DNA of 24,000 nt from Methanocorpusculum sp. Lineage in GTDB: Archaea; Halobacteriota; Methanomicrobia; Methanomicrobiales; Methanocorpusculaceae. Below, one piece after another: positions 1 to 7,097 of this stretch. The stretch is taken from NCBI GenBank assembly GCA_017408885.1, contig JAFQTT010000011.1, forward strand, positions 95,567 to 119,566. The letters are read 5' to 3'. The notes under the pieces were generated by a model. That model worked only from the letters and a program-made list of their open reading frames with translations, was not told the DNA's origin and ran no database searches. Numbering within the stretch: the stretch's first letter is position 1; each line of letters opens with the position of its first letter. A program made the position numbers and the translations under genes.

Positions 1-1
1 A

Positions 2-2722
2 GTTCAGGCAAAACGTGACGGAAACGTTGTTCAGTACTTCGTCAATGACTGTGTGGTAATGGGACTTCGCGGACACGTAGTTGAAGTTGACTTTGTTGAT
101 GGATACAAAAACTGGAGAAGCGAAGAACACCCTCCGCGTTCTTTAATCAACGCCGGAATCGAGAAGAAACCGACCGAAAAAAAACTCGTCTCAATGATGC
201 AGAGGGAAGCCCGCAAAGCTTCCCGCGTCACAATCGCGACGGACTTTGATACCGAAGGAGAACTCATTGGAAAGGAAGCCTTTGAGCTTATCCGTGCGGT
301 AAACAAAACCGTTCCAATCGACAGAGCACGCTTCTCTGCAATCACCAAAGATGAAATCTTAGCCTCAATCCGCGATGCCCAAAGTCTGGACATGAATTTA
401 GCGGCAGCCGGTGAGTCCCGTCAGGTAATCGACCTTGTCTGGGGTGCATCTATCACCAGATTCCTCACAATTGCCGCACACCGCGGAGCAGAAGGCATCC
501 TCTCTGTCGGACGTGTTCAAAGCCCGACGCTTTCGATGATTGTGGACCGCGAAAAAGAGATTGAAGCATTCGTTCCGGAGAAATACTGGATGCTGTCCCT
601 TTCCGCACAGAAAGGCCGTGATGTAATCGAAGCACGCCATGTTCACGGAAGATTCACAGACCGCGCCGAAGCAGAGGCCGCATACAACGCAACCCGCGCT
701 CCGCTTACTGTAACAGACATCACAACCGGTCACAAAACAGACAAAGCACCTGCCCCGCTTGATACAACAGCATTAATCGTTGGAGCAGGACGGCTTGGAA
801 TCTCTGCCGCCTCTGCTATGAGCAGAGCCGAAGAGCTTTACATGCGCGGATTTATCTCCTATCCGAGAACCGACAACACAACTTATCCAAAGAGCTTAAA
901 CATCTCAGAGCAGCTTCAGCTCTTCGCAGGCGGAATATTCAGAAAAGAGGTCGCATTCGTAAAAGAAAACCTCCGCCCTGTTCCGACCAGAGGCAGAAAA
1001 GAGACAACCGACCACCCGCCGATTTATCCGACAGGACTTGCAACCCCGGAGGACATCCCGGATACTGTAACCTGGAAGCTCTATGAATTTGTTGTCCGCA
1101 GATTCTTTGCAACCCTTTGCCGCGACTCCGAATGGGAAACCATGAAGGTCAACCTGGCAGCATCAGCCGAACCCTACACCGTAACAGGCGGACGTCTGCT
1201 TGTCCCGGGATGGAGAGGAGTTTACCCGTACAGCAAGGCTGAGGAAAACATTCTCCCGGTCTTTACGAAAGGCGAAACCCTGACCTTAACCGGCAAAGAC
1301 ATGGCAGAAAAGGAGACCAACCCTCCGGCACGCTACACTCAGAGCCGTCTCATCCAGAGAATGGAGGAGTTAGGTCTTGGAACAAAATCCACCCGTCACG
1401 AAGTCATCAGCAAACTTGCCAGCCGGAAATATATCGAAGGAAACCCAATGAAGCCGACTGTTATCGGACGTGCGGTAATTGAATCGTTGCAGCAGTATGC
1501 AGAGACGATTACCAAACCGACGATGACCAAGACCCTGGAAGAGTCAATGGGCGAGATTGCCGCAGGCAAGAAAACAATGGCCGCTGTTCTTGATGAGTCC
1601 AAGGAGATGCTGTCATCCATCTTCGATGAGCTCGAAAAGAACGAAGAGGAGATCGGAACCGAGATTATGAACCGTTCCCGCGAGGAACAGTTAATCGGAC
1701 CGTGCCCGGTCTGCGGAAAACAGCTGGTCATAAAGCGTGTTGGAAGCTCCCAGTTCATCGGATGCTCTGGATATCCTGACTGCTCCTTTAATGCAGGAAT
1801 TCCGCCTGCTGTCTGGGGAAGCGCCGTAAAGACCGCAGAGGTCTGTCCGATTCATGGCGTAAATCATGTTCAGTTACTTCGCAAAGGCGCTCCGCCGTGG
1901 AAGTTCGGCTGTCCGGTCTGTTCTCACATCCAGACCAATGCCGACCTCTTCCGTCAGATGAACGGAATGACCGAGGAGAAACTTTCCAAACTTCATGCAG
2001 TTCACATCTACACAACAAACGACCTTCTGTCTCACAGTGCAGAGGAACTTGCATCAAAACTTGGAATCAGCATATCCGATGCTGAAAAACTTAGAGCCGA
2101 AGGAGAAGAGGTCATGGTGCTTCTTAGAAACCGTGCCGCTCTTCGAAAGTTTGTGTCCCCAAGAATTCCTGTAAAGCGCGGAAGAGGATCCGGCAAGGTC
2201 TGCAAAGCTCTCTACGCAGAAGGAGTTAACTGTCTTGATGACCTTGCGGTATGCACCCCTGCAAAGTTAAAGAAGGCCTTCTTAAACGAAGACGAAGCAT
2301 CCGCATTAATCTCTGAGGCAAAAGACTCTGTGAACATGGTCTGGATGAAGGAAGCAGGAATCCCGACTGTTACATTAAAGAAGTATGCGGCAGCAGGACT
2401 TGCCGATCCAAAGAAGTTCTTATCTGCACATCCGGCAGGAATTGCACTGTCAAGCGGAGTATCTGTAACTACTGTGTGTTCTCATCAGGCAAAGGCCGCA
2501 GAAGCTGCCGGTGTCAAAGCTCCGGAAAAACTCTCCAAGCCTCAGTTCGAAAAGGGAGTTGCATCCCTTGCAGGAAAAGCAGATGCCGATGTCTTAGCTG
2601 TCCTTGCATTAGCCGGAGCATGGAGTGCGGAAAGTATTGCAGAAGCTGATGTCAAGGCTCTTTCTGCATCAACAGGTGTTGATTCGAAAATAATCACCAA
2701 ACTGCAAAAGGTAAAACGGTGA
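2..2722 (+). CDS. topA: DNA topoisomerase I (type IA), N-terminus cut off by the window edge; long C-terminal Zn-ribbon plus HhH-like extension
   Basis: The frame of ORF 53..2722 stays open back to nt 2, so the gene starts upstream of the window. Toprim acidic motif ATDFDTEGE. Type IA core motifs GRVQSPT and ISYPRTDN. C4 zinc ribbon CPVCG..CSGYPDC, then a second degenerate ribbon CPIHG..CPVC. About 290 aa of helix-hairpin-helix-like repeats follow. Confidence 0.9.
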   Translation, partial: VQAKRDGNVVQYFVNDCVVMGLRGHVVEVDFVDGYKNWRSEEHPPRSLINAGIEKKPTEKKLVSMMQREARKASRVTIATDFDTEGELIGKEAFELIRAVNKTVPIDRARFSAITKDEILASIRDAQSLDMNLAAAGESRQVIDLVWGASITRFLTIAAHRGAEGILSVGRVQSPTLSMIVDREKEIEAFVPEKYWMLSLSAQKGRDVIEARHVHGRFTDRAEAEAAYNATRAPLTVTDITTGHKTDKAPAPLDTTALIVGAGRLGISAASAMSRAEELYMRGFISYPRTDNTTYPKSLNISEQLQLFAGGIFRKEVAFVKENLRPVPTRGRKETTDHPPIYPTGLATPEDIPDTVTWKLYEFVVRRFFATLCRDSEWETMKVNLAASAEPYTVTGGRLLVPGWRGVYPYSKAEENILPVFTKGETLTLTGKDMAEKETNPPARYTQSRLIQRMEELGLGTKSTRHEVISKLASRKYIEGNPMKPTVIGRAVIESLQQYAETITKPTMTKTLEESMGEIAAGKKTMAAVLDESKEMLSSIFDELEKNEEEIGTEIMNRSREEQLIGPCPVCGKQLVIKRVGSSQFIGCSGYPDCSFNAGIPPAVWGSAVKTAEVCPIHGVNHVQLLRKGAPPWKFGCPVCSHIQTNADLFRQMNGMTEEKLSKLHAVHIYTTNDLLSHSAEELASKLGISISDAEKLRAEGEEVMVLLRNRAALRKFVSPRIPVKRGRGSGKVCKALYAEGVNCLDDLAVCTPAKLKKAFLNEDEASALISEAKDSVNMVWMKEAGIPTVTLKKYAAAGLADPKKFLSAHPAGIALSSGVSVTTVCSHQAKAAEAAGVKAPEKLSKPQFEKGVASLAGKADADVLAVLALAGAWSAESIAEADVKALSASTGVDSKIITKLQKVKR

Positions 2723-2728
2723 AAAATA

Positions 2729-3481
2729 ATGCCGCAGATTGATATTGTCTTAGTTGAACCCCTCTACGAAGGAAACATCGGCTTTGCCGCCCGTGTTATG
2801 AAGAATTTCGGATTTAAGAACATGGTTCTTGTAAATCCGCCTGAGCTGACCGTCGAAGCACGTGCACGTGCATCACATGCAAAGGACGTGCTTGACAATG
2901 CAGAGCGTATCTCCTTAGAGGAGGTTTTCGAAAGAAGCACCCTTTGTATCGCAACAACCGGCGGACTTTCCAAATCTGTGTCTCATCCGATGAGAATGCC
3001 GTACTATGCCGTCTCCGAACTTCGCGAAATGATTGGAGACATTGACGGCAGAATCTCAATTCTCTTCGGCCGCGAGAACTGGGGGCTGAACAACGAGGAG
3101 ATTGCGCAGTGCGACATTGTCTGTACCATCCCGACAAGCGAGGAGTATCCAATCTTAAACATCTCGCATGCGATTGGAATCGTCTGCTATGAGTTAGCCC
3201 ACCTCCAAAGAGGTGAGTACATGCTTGCCTCCAAGCAGGAGATGGACTCTCTCTACAAACACATCGGTGAGTTCTTAGAGCTTGCAGGACACCAGATTGA
3301 AAAAAGAGGACCAACTCTTCTTCTTGCAAAACGTGTGTTTGGAAGAACCAAACTCACTGTCCGCGAGGTCAGCACAATGCACGGGGTTCTTCGCCGTGCC
3401 GAGCGGAAGATGAAACTCGCAGACGAAGAGCTCCCTGAGTATCCTGAAATGGATGCTGTATTCGAAGACGAAGAGGAGTAA
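2729..3481 (+). CDS. SPOUT-class (SpoU/TrmH family) RNA 2'-O-methyltransferase, TrmJ-like
   Basis: Starts 7 nt after the topA stop. N-terminal EPLYEGNIGFAARVMKNFG and the knot region FGRENWGL...IPT..YPILNISHA are typical of SpoU/TrmH methyltransferases. The 250-aa size fits TrmJ-like enzymes. Confidence 0.8.
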   Translation: MPQIDIVLVEPLYEGNIGFAARVMKNFGFKNMVLVNPPELTVEARARASHAKDVLDNAERISLEEVFERSTLCIATTGGLSKSVSHPMRMPYYAVSELREMIGDIDGRISILFGRENWGLNNEEIAQCDIVCTIPTSEEYPILNISHAIGIVCYELAHLQRGEYMLASKQEMDSLYKHIGEFLELAGHQIEKRGPTLLLAKRVFGRTKLTVREVSTMHGVLRRAERKMKLADEELPEYPEMDAVFEDEEE

Positions 3482-3490
3482 TCCTCTAAC

Positions 3491-3510
3491 TATTTTTATA
3501 AAAAAAATTA
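3491..3510. promoter_or_regulatory. AT-rich bidirectional signal: T5 run after the methyltransferase stop (+), T8 run on the minus strand, and a TTTATAAA TATA-like box
   Basis: Sequence is tatttttataaaaaaaatta. Oligo-T runs are the usual archaeal terminators. TTTATAAA resembles the archaeal TATA consensus and lies about 25-30 nt upstream of the hairpin array that begins near 3529. Confidence 0.35.
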
Positions 3511-3523
3511 CGACTTGAAAAAG
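3498..3523. repeat. Direct repeat, copy 1 (AT-A8-TTACGACTTGAAAAAG); the exact 24-mer is 3500..3523
   Basis: The 24-nt string AAAAAAAATTACGACTTGAAAAAG is identical to 7074..7097. This copy is not attached to any long ORF. Confidence 0.9.
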
Positions 3524-3528
3524 TGATG

Positions 3529-3617
3529 CCCTGCCTGCTTTTCCTGCATCCATCCCGCAAGATGCGGCAGTGAAAAGCAGGCGGCTTGGGTTTCCAAGCC
3601 CCCAGGGGCTTTGGGGA
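3529..3617 (+). ncRNA. Candidate structured RNA: three consecutive hairpins, function unknown
   Basis: Hairpin 1 pairs 3531-3543 with 3572-3584 (13 bp); its one T:G pair is a G.U wobble only if read on the + strand. It has an inner 5-bp stem gcatc/gatgc. Hairpin 2 is cttgg(gttt)ccaag at 3585-3598. Hairpin 3 is cccca(ggggctt)tgggg at 3600-3616. A TATA-like box lies about 25 nt upstream. No known RNA family was recognised. Confidence 0.25.
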
Positions 3618-3706
3618 TAGTTAGTTAGTACAAAGTGATTTTCTCAAACCGAAGGCATTTTCCCTGCGGATGAAATTGGTGAGGAGTGAACCTCCAATTT
3701 CAGCGC

Positions 3707-4303
3707 TTAGCTGTTTACTACGAGGAACTCTCCGCTTGCAATAACTGCGTTTGTTCTGGTATCAGAAAGTGTCCATTTGGCAGTTGCACCTTCAAAAATG
3801 GTAAGTGTCTGCCTCATAGCATCTTTTTCAAGCGGGTGAACCTCAATCACATCTCCTGTCGTTGCCGCATAGTTTACCGGATTGCCTGTCTCTCCGCGAA
3901 TTGTGAATGGATATGCAGCATCTGATTGCGCAAAAGTAATTCCTTGGTCAGTGACCATATGTCTGTCACCTCTGGTTTTTCCTTCTGTTGCTGTCATAAT
4001 ATTGATGATACCGTTTTGTCCTGCCCCTCCTAACTGTTCAACAGTGAGCTGAAGATATTTCAGCGGGACTGCATCTCCGCCTTTGTGTTTCAGTCCAAAG
4101 CTGTTAAGATAGACATGCTCTCCTTCTTTTACCATTTCAACATCCTGAACTTCGAAGAGAGCCATTGGGGTTTTTGCAGTGTCTGCGGATAAGTCAGTTG
4201 CAAATCCTGTAATTACTGCGGCGATAATTATAGTTACCACCAGCATCAGCATAATACCGATAACGGGTGACACTGCATCTTCTTTTCTTCTTTCCTGCTT
4301 CAT
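3707..4303 (-). CDS. Archaeal type IV pilin-like protein (class III signal peptide, DUF1628/Pilin_N type), paralog 4
   Basis: N-terminus is MKQERRKEDAVSPVIGIMLMLVVTIIIAAVI: a charged leader, the conserved SPVIG motif and a hydrophobic helix. The start overlaps the stop of the upstream paralog (ATGA). Confidence 0.8.
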   Translation of the reverse strand: MKQERRKEDAVSPVIGIMLMLVVTIIIAAVITGFATDLSADTAKTPMALFEVQDVEMVKEGEHVYLNSFGLKHKGGDAVPLKYLQLTVEQLGGAGQNGIINIMTATEGKTRGDRHMVTDQGITFAQSDAAYPFTIRGETGNPVNYAATTGDVIEVHPLEKDAMRQTLTIFEGATAKWTLSDTRTNAVIASGEFLVVNS

Positions 4304-5007
4304 AGTACAACCACCTCTTTCTCGTAGATGATGGTGTTGCTTGGAATGTGGAGGATTGTGATGTCAACAGGTGTTCCCGGTAAAAGATACTCCATTACTC
4401 CCATGTCATCGAGCGAGTTAAATCCGTCAAAGGTCTCGCCGCTTGCGAATACTGCGTTCATGAACTCACTTCCGATATGGTTCTGACTGCCCTGCTGTAC
4501 GTCTCCTAACATGTCAGTACTTGCAGTAAGCCGTAATCCAGGTGTGAGTTTTACATCTCCAAAGTACATGTCACTCACACTTCCGCCAATTGTGCTGGCT
4601 TTAACATACATTGGCTGAATGCGTGTGCGCGGCAGGGTAACTCCTGATGCTTCAAATGCATCAGCAGAGTATGTGCTGTCGTGATAGTTTCCGAGATGGT
4701 CTTTCCATGCTATCTGAATTTCGATGTCTCCTGTGTCAATAGGGTCTCCTGAGACATGGGTAATCTGGAAGTCAGGACCTGTTAACATTCCTGCTTCAGC
4801 ATCGACATCTCCATTATCTTGAACATCCAGAGCGCCGAAGTTTGTCATAATCTTTACATCCAGAACTGCACTTGGTGCGGATTCGGTTGTGCCTACCATG
4901 CCTGTTCCAAATACGGCAATTACGCCGGCGATAACTATGGTTACAACAAGCATCAGCATAACGCCGATAACGGGTGACACTGCATCTTCTGATTTTTTCT
5001 GCATCAT
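4300..5007 (-). CDS. Archaeal type IV pilin-like protein, paralog 3
   Basis: N-terminus is MMQKKSEDAVSPVIGVMLMLVVTIVIAGVI. It lies 4 nt downstream of paralog 2. Confidence 0.8.
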   Translation of the reverse strand: MMQKKSEDAVSPVIGVMLMLVVTIVIAGVIAVFGTGMVGTTESAPSAVLDVKIMTNFGALDVQDNGDVDAEAGMLTGPDFQITHVSGDPIDTGDIEIQIAWKDHLGNYHDSTYSADAFEASGVTLPRTRIQPMYVKASTIGGSVSDMYFGDVKLTPGLRLTASTDMLGDVQQGSQNHIGSEFMNAVFASGETFDGFNSLDDMGVMEYLLPGTPVDITILHIPSNTIIYEKEVVVL

Positions 5008-5011
5008 GTTA

Positions 5012-5758
5012 TCACCACTCGCGTGTTACTGTCAGTTCTTTGCTTACAAGGATGTGCTCACCATAGAGAACTTCAATCTCAACAGATTTTCCTTTGGTAA
5101 ATTCAAGAGACTCGGTGTTCAGAATAACAGTAATAGTGTCCCCCGGACCGAATGTTTTGGATGAATCACTAAGCTTCTGTTCATGGATTAAGTTTCCACT
5201 CGGATTGTACACTTTAACAGATGCTTTTGATAAATCCAGAGAATCCCCGTGTAAACAGCTGATGGTTACTGTATTTTTGGATATTTCTTTCTCTGTGGGG
5301 TCTCCCATTTCAAGGTAATCTTGCCAATCGTCACCAATTGATTCTATTTGTCCATTAACTGCGTCAATTATGGGCCTACCATTATTTTCGTTGTATTCTG
5401 TGATGACAATTCTTCCAAAAGGTTTGGTTTTATCATCTTTGTATAGCATGACGTACTTAGTCTCAGGGTTAAATTGACCCAATGATGAGATTTCATTGCC
5501 ATTTTCATCAGTATAGTATTTCGAGAAACCTCTGAATGCAGTTGCTCCTCCTATAATTTCCATTTTTCCTGGTACTGTCTCAATATGTCCCGCTGAAGCT
5601 CCCTCGACATTAAGAACTGTGACTGGCGCTGGTTCTGCATCAGCTCCAACTCCGCCCGCAAAAGCGGCAACAACAGCGGCGATAATGATAGTAACAACCA
5701 GCATCAGCATGACGCCGATTACAGGTGATACTGCATCTTCGGATTTTGTTTGAATCAT
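5012..5758 (-). CDS. Archaeal type IV pilin-like protein, paralog 2
   Basis: N-terminus is MIQTKSEDAVSPVIGVMLMLVVTIIIAAVV. A GGAGAT Shine-Dalgarno-like motif lies in the 25-nt gap after paralog 1. Confidence 0.8.
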   Translation of the reverse strand: MIQTKSEDAVSPVIGVMLMLVVTIIIAAVVAAFAGGVGADAEPAPVTVLNVEGASAGHIETVPGKMEIIGGATAFRGFSKYYTDENGNEISSLGQFNPETKYVMLYKDDKTKPFGRIVITEYNENNGRPIIDAVNGQIESIGDDWQDYLEMGDPTEKEISKNTVTISCLHGDSLDLSKASVKVYNPSGNLIHEQKLSDSSKTFGPGDTITVILNTESLEFTKGKSVEIEVLYGEHILVSKELTVTREW

Positions 5759-5783
5759 TTCTTCAAATCTCCAAAAAATCCGG

Positions 5784-6254
5784 TTATGCCTTTACAACAA
5801 CATCCTTCTTTGCAACGATGTGTTTTCCGTTTGCGAGGACTGTGACGGTTACAAAGTCTCCTGCGGCTGGAAGAGAATCACCAGTAAGGGTAACTTTAGC
5901 GGTTGAGCTTGGGGTGAAGGATAATCCTGTGTAACCTTTAATTTCATCATCTGGGTTAGAATCATAAAGATCTCCTGTTCCTTTTGGATTTCCGTTTACG
6001 TCAGTTACTTTTATTGTAATATCTTTAGTAATGAGTGCTTCACCTGAGAGGTGCTCAATCTTTACTGTCTTATCACCTGCATAAACATCGATGTTCAAAG
6101 CCGCAGTCGGAGCCATTTCCACGTCTGACCCAAGACCGCCCGCAAAAGCCGCAACAACAGCGGCGATAACGATAGTTACAACGAGCATCAGCATGACACC
6201 GATAACCGGCGATACTGCATCTTCCTTCTTCTTTAAAATAACATCAGCTTTCAT
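5784..6254 (-). CDS. Archaeal type IV pilin-like protein, paralog 1 (first gene of the operon)
   Basis: N-terminus is MKADVILKKKEDAVSPVIGVMLMLVVTIVIAAVV. A GGAGA motif lies 9 nt upstream of the ATG on the minus strand. Confidence 0.8.
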   Translation of the reverse strand: MKADVILKKKEDAVSPVIGVMLMLVVTIVIAAVVAAFAGGLGSDVEMAPTAALNIDVYAGDKTVKIEHLSGEALITKDITIKVTDVNGNPKGTGDLYDSNPDDEIKGYTGLSFTPSSTAKVTLTGDSLPAAGDFVTVTVLANGKHIVAKKDVVVKA

Positions 6255-6282
6255 AGAATTTTTCTCCTAAGTATGTTACAAA

Positions 6283-6316
6283 GCAAAGTTGAGGGGCTTT
6301 TTTACCTCAGCTTTGC
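6283..6316. promoter_or_regulatory. 12-bp stem hairpin/palindrome in the pilin-operon leader region
   Basis: gcaaagttgagg (6283-6294) pairs with cctcagctttgc (6305-6316). There is one T:G position, which is a wobble on the + strand and an A.C mismatch on the mRNA-sense minus strand. The element sits 29-62 nt upstream of the first pilin ATG. Confidence 0.35.
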
Positions 6317-6357
6317 GGCAACAAAGAAAGCGGGAGTACGGACTTCCAAATTGCTGA

Positions 6358-6396
6358 TAAATCTATCTAAAAAAAAAAACGCCTTAAATCTATCTA
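6358..6396. promoter_or_regulatory. Direct repeat TAAATCTATCTA x2 in the AT-rich region upstream of the pilin operon (possible TATA/regulator site)
   Basis: The exact 12-mers are at 6358-6369 and 6385-6396, 27 bp apart, separated by an A10 run. On the minus strand they read TAGATAGATTTA, about 100-140 nt upstream of the pilin ATG. Confidence 0.35.
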
Positions 6397-6604
6397 TTTT
6401 TAGTAAAAAATGAGGCATTAAAACAATTCAAATTGATTTATTCTGCGGATTAATTCCAATCTCGAAGATGGTTTATTGGATTGGTGAATGCGAGTGTGTA
6501 CGGGCTTGGATTAATTAATCTTGATTGTGAATAATTCGCGGATTTTTGGATGCGGGCGGTGTGTGGTGGATGGGTGTCCGCGCATGGAATATTTTTTAGA
6601 CCGT

Positions 6605-6960
6605 CCGCTAATCTACGCTAATCTCAGCCAATCGCATTCCGTTCCCTCGCTCACTTCGACGTGACTAATCGTCACGTCTCGTGTTGCTTAATCGCAAACG
6701 CTCGGCGGAATGCTTGACTCGCGCTTCGGCGCTCGCATTTAAAAAATTAAAAATAACTCTACAGATATTTACCTTACTCAGGCGAGCGCCGAAGCGCGAG
6801 TCCAGCATCTCGCCGAGCGGTGGCGATTAGACACGAGCATACTCTTTAGAGTATGCGAGAGCGAGGGGCGAGAGACACGAAGTGTCTCAAGCCATGAGCA
6901 AGACCGAAGGGCTTGCGAAAGAGCGAGATGCGATTGGCTTAGATTAGCGCAGATTAGCGG
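6605..6960. repeat. Roughly 356-bp imperfect composite palindrome (MITE-like element or long structured RNA/DNA hairpin)
   Basis: The 33-nt termini ccgctaatctacgctaatctcagccaatcgcat (6605-6637) and atgcgattggcttagattagcgcagattagcgg (6928-6960) are reverse complements with 2 mismatches. Inner arm segments about 50 nt long also pair (ctcgtgt..gactcgcgcttcggcgctcgc against gcgagcgccgaagcgcgagtc..acacgag). An AT-rich centre at 6737-6781 separates the arms. The arms differ in length (132 and 179 nt) and carry their own local hairpins. Confidence 0.85.
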
Positions 6961-7070
6961 TTTGTTATTTTTGGTGTCTGCATCCAAAAAGAAACGCAGT
7001 CTAAATTAAAATACACGAAAACACGCCCCCTCAAAGATTCCCAAAAACCATGAGCCCATATACATGAAAA

Positions 7071-7097
7071 ATAAAAAAAAATTACGACTTGAAAAAG
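7071..7097. repeat. Direct repeat, copy 2 (AT-A9-TTACGACTTGAAAAAG); the exact 24-mer is 7074..7097
   Basis: Identical to 3500..3523. This copy covers the last four sense codons plus the stop (FFKS*) of the minus-strand gene 7082..7624 and its downstream T9 run. Confidence 0.9.
7073..7081 (-). terminator. Oligo-T (T9) archaeal-type terminator directly after the stop of gene 7082..7624
   Basis: The A9 run on the + strand reads as T9 on the minus strand, immediately 3' of the TAA stop. Confidence 0.5.

Noticed and set aside
2814-3329. Long antisense ORFs in the supplied track, for example 2814..3329, 398..733, 1396..1758, 7767..8390, 10369..11527, 12532..13599, 13684..13980, 16621..17413 and 18135..18365
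   Set aside because: Each lies wholly inside, and antisense to or out of frame with, a gene that has strong family motifs. Their products are low-complexity or Ser/Arg/Pro-rich, as expected of shadow ORFs.
3275-3553. ORF 3275..3553 (minus strand) shares the peptide LFQVVIFF with ORF 6954..7184, which hints at a duplicated small protein
   Set aside because: The shared peptide is simply the 24-nt direct repeat read in a non-coding frame. Both ORFs are otherwise unrelated, and one is antisense to the methyltransferase gene.
6325-6345. The minus-strand ggaagtccg resembles the RNase P RNA CR-I box (GGAAAGTCC)
   Set aside because: It is an imperfect 9-nt match. None of the other conserved RNase P regions is nearby, and it lies in the pilin promoter/leader.
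6553-6590. G-rich tract gggcggtgtgtggtggatgggtgt as a G-quadruplex
   Set aside because: It has only irregular GG/GGG runs with long loops, which makes at best a weak two-tetrad motif.
6605-6960. The palindrome as a replication origin (AT-rich centre flanked by inverted repeats)
   Set aside because: The window has no orc1/cdc6 gene. The arms are GC-rich hairpin arrays rather than recognisable ORB boxes, and the AT-rich centre is only about 45 bp. This cannot be excluded without genome-wide data, but the sequence does not support it.
6778-6987. 69-aa ORF inside the right arm of the palindrome
   Set aside because: It has Ser/Leu/Arg-rich low-complexity sequence generated by the GCGAG-rich repeat arm. 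It has no RBS or TATA context, and the corresponding left arm is not coding.
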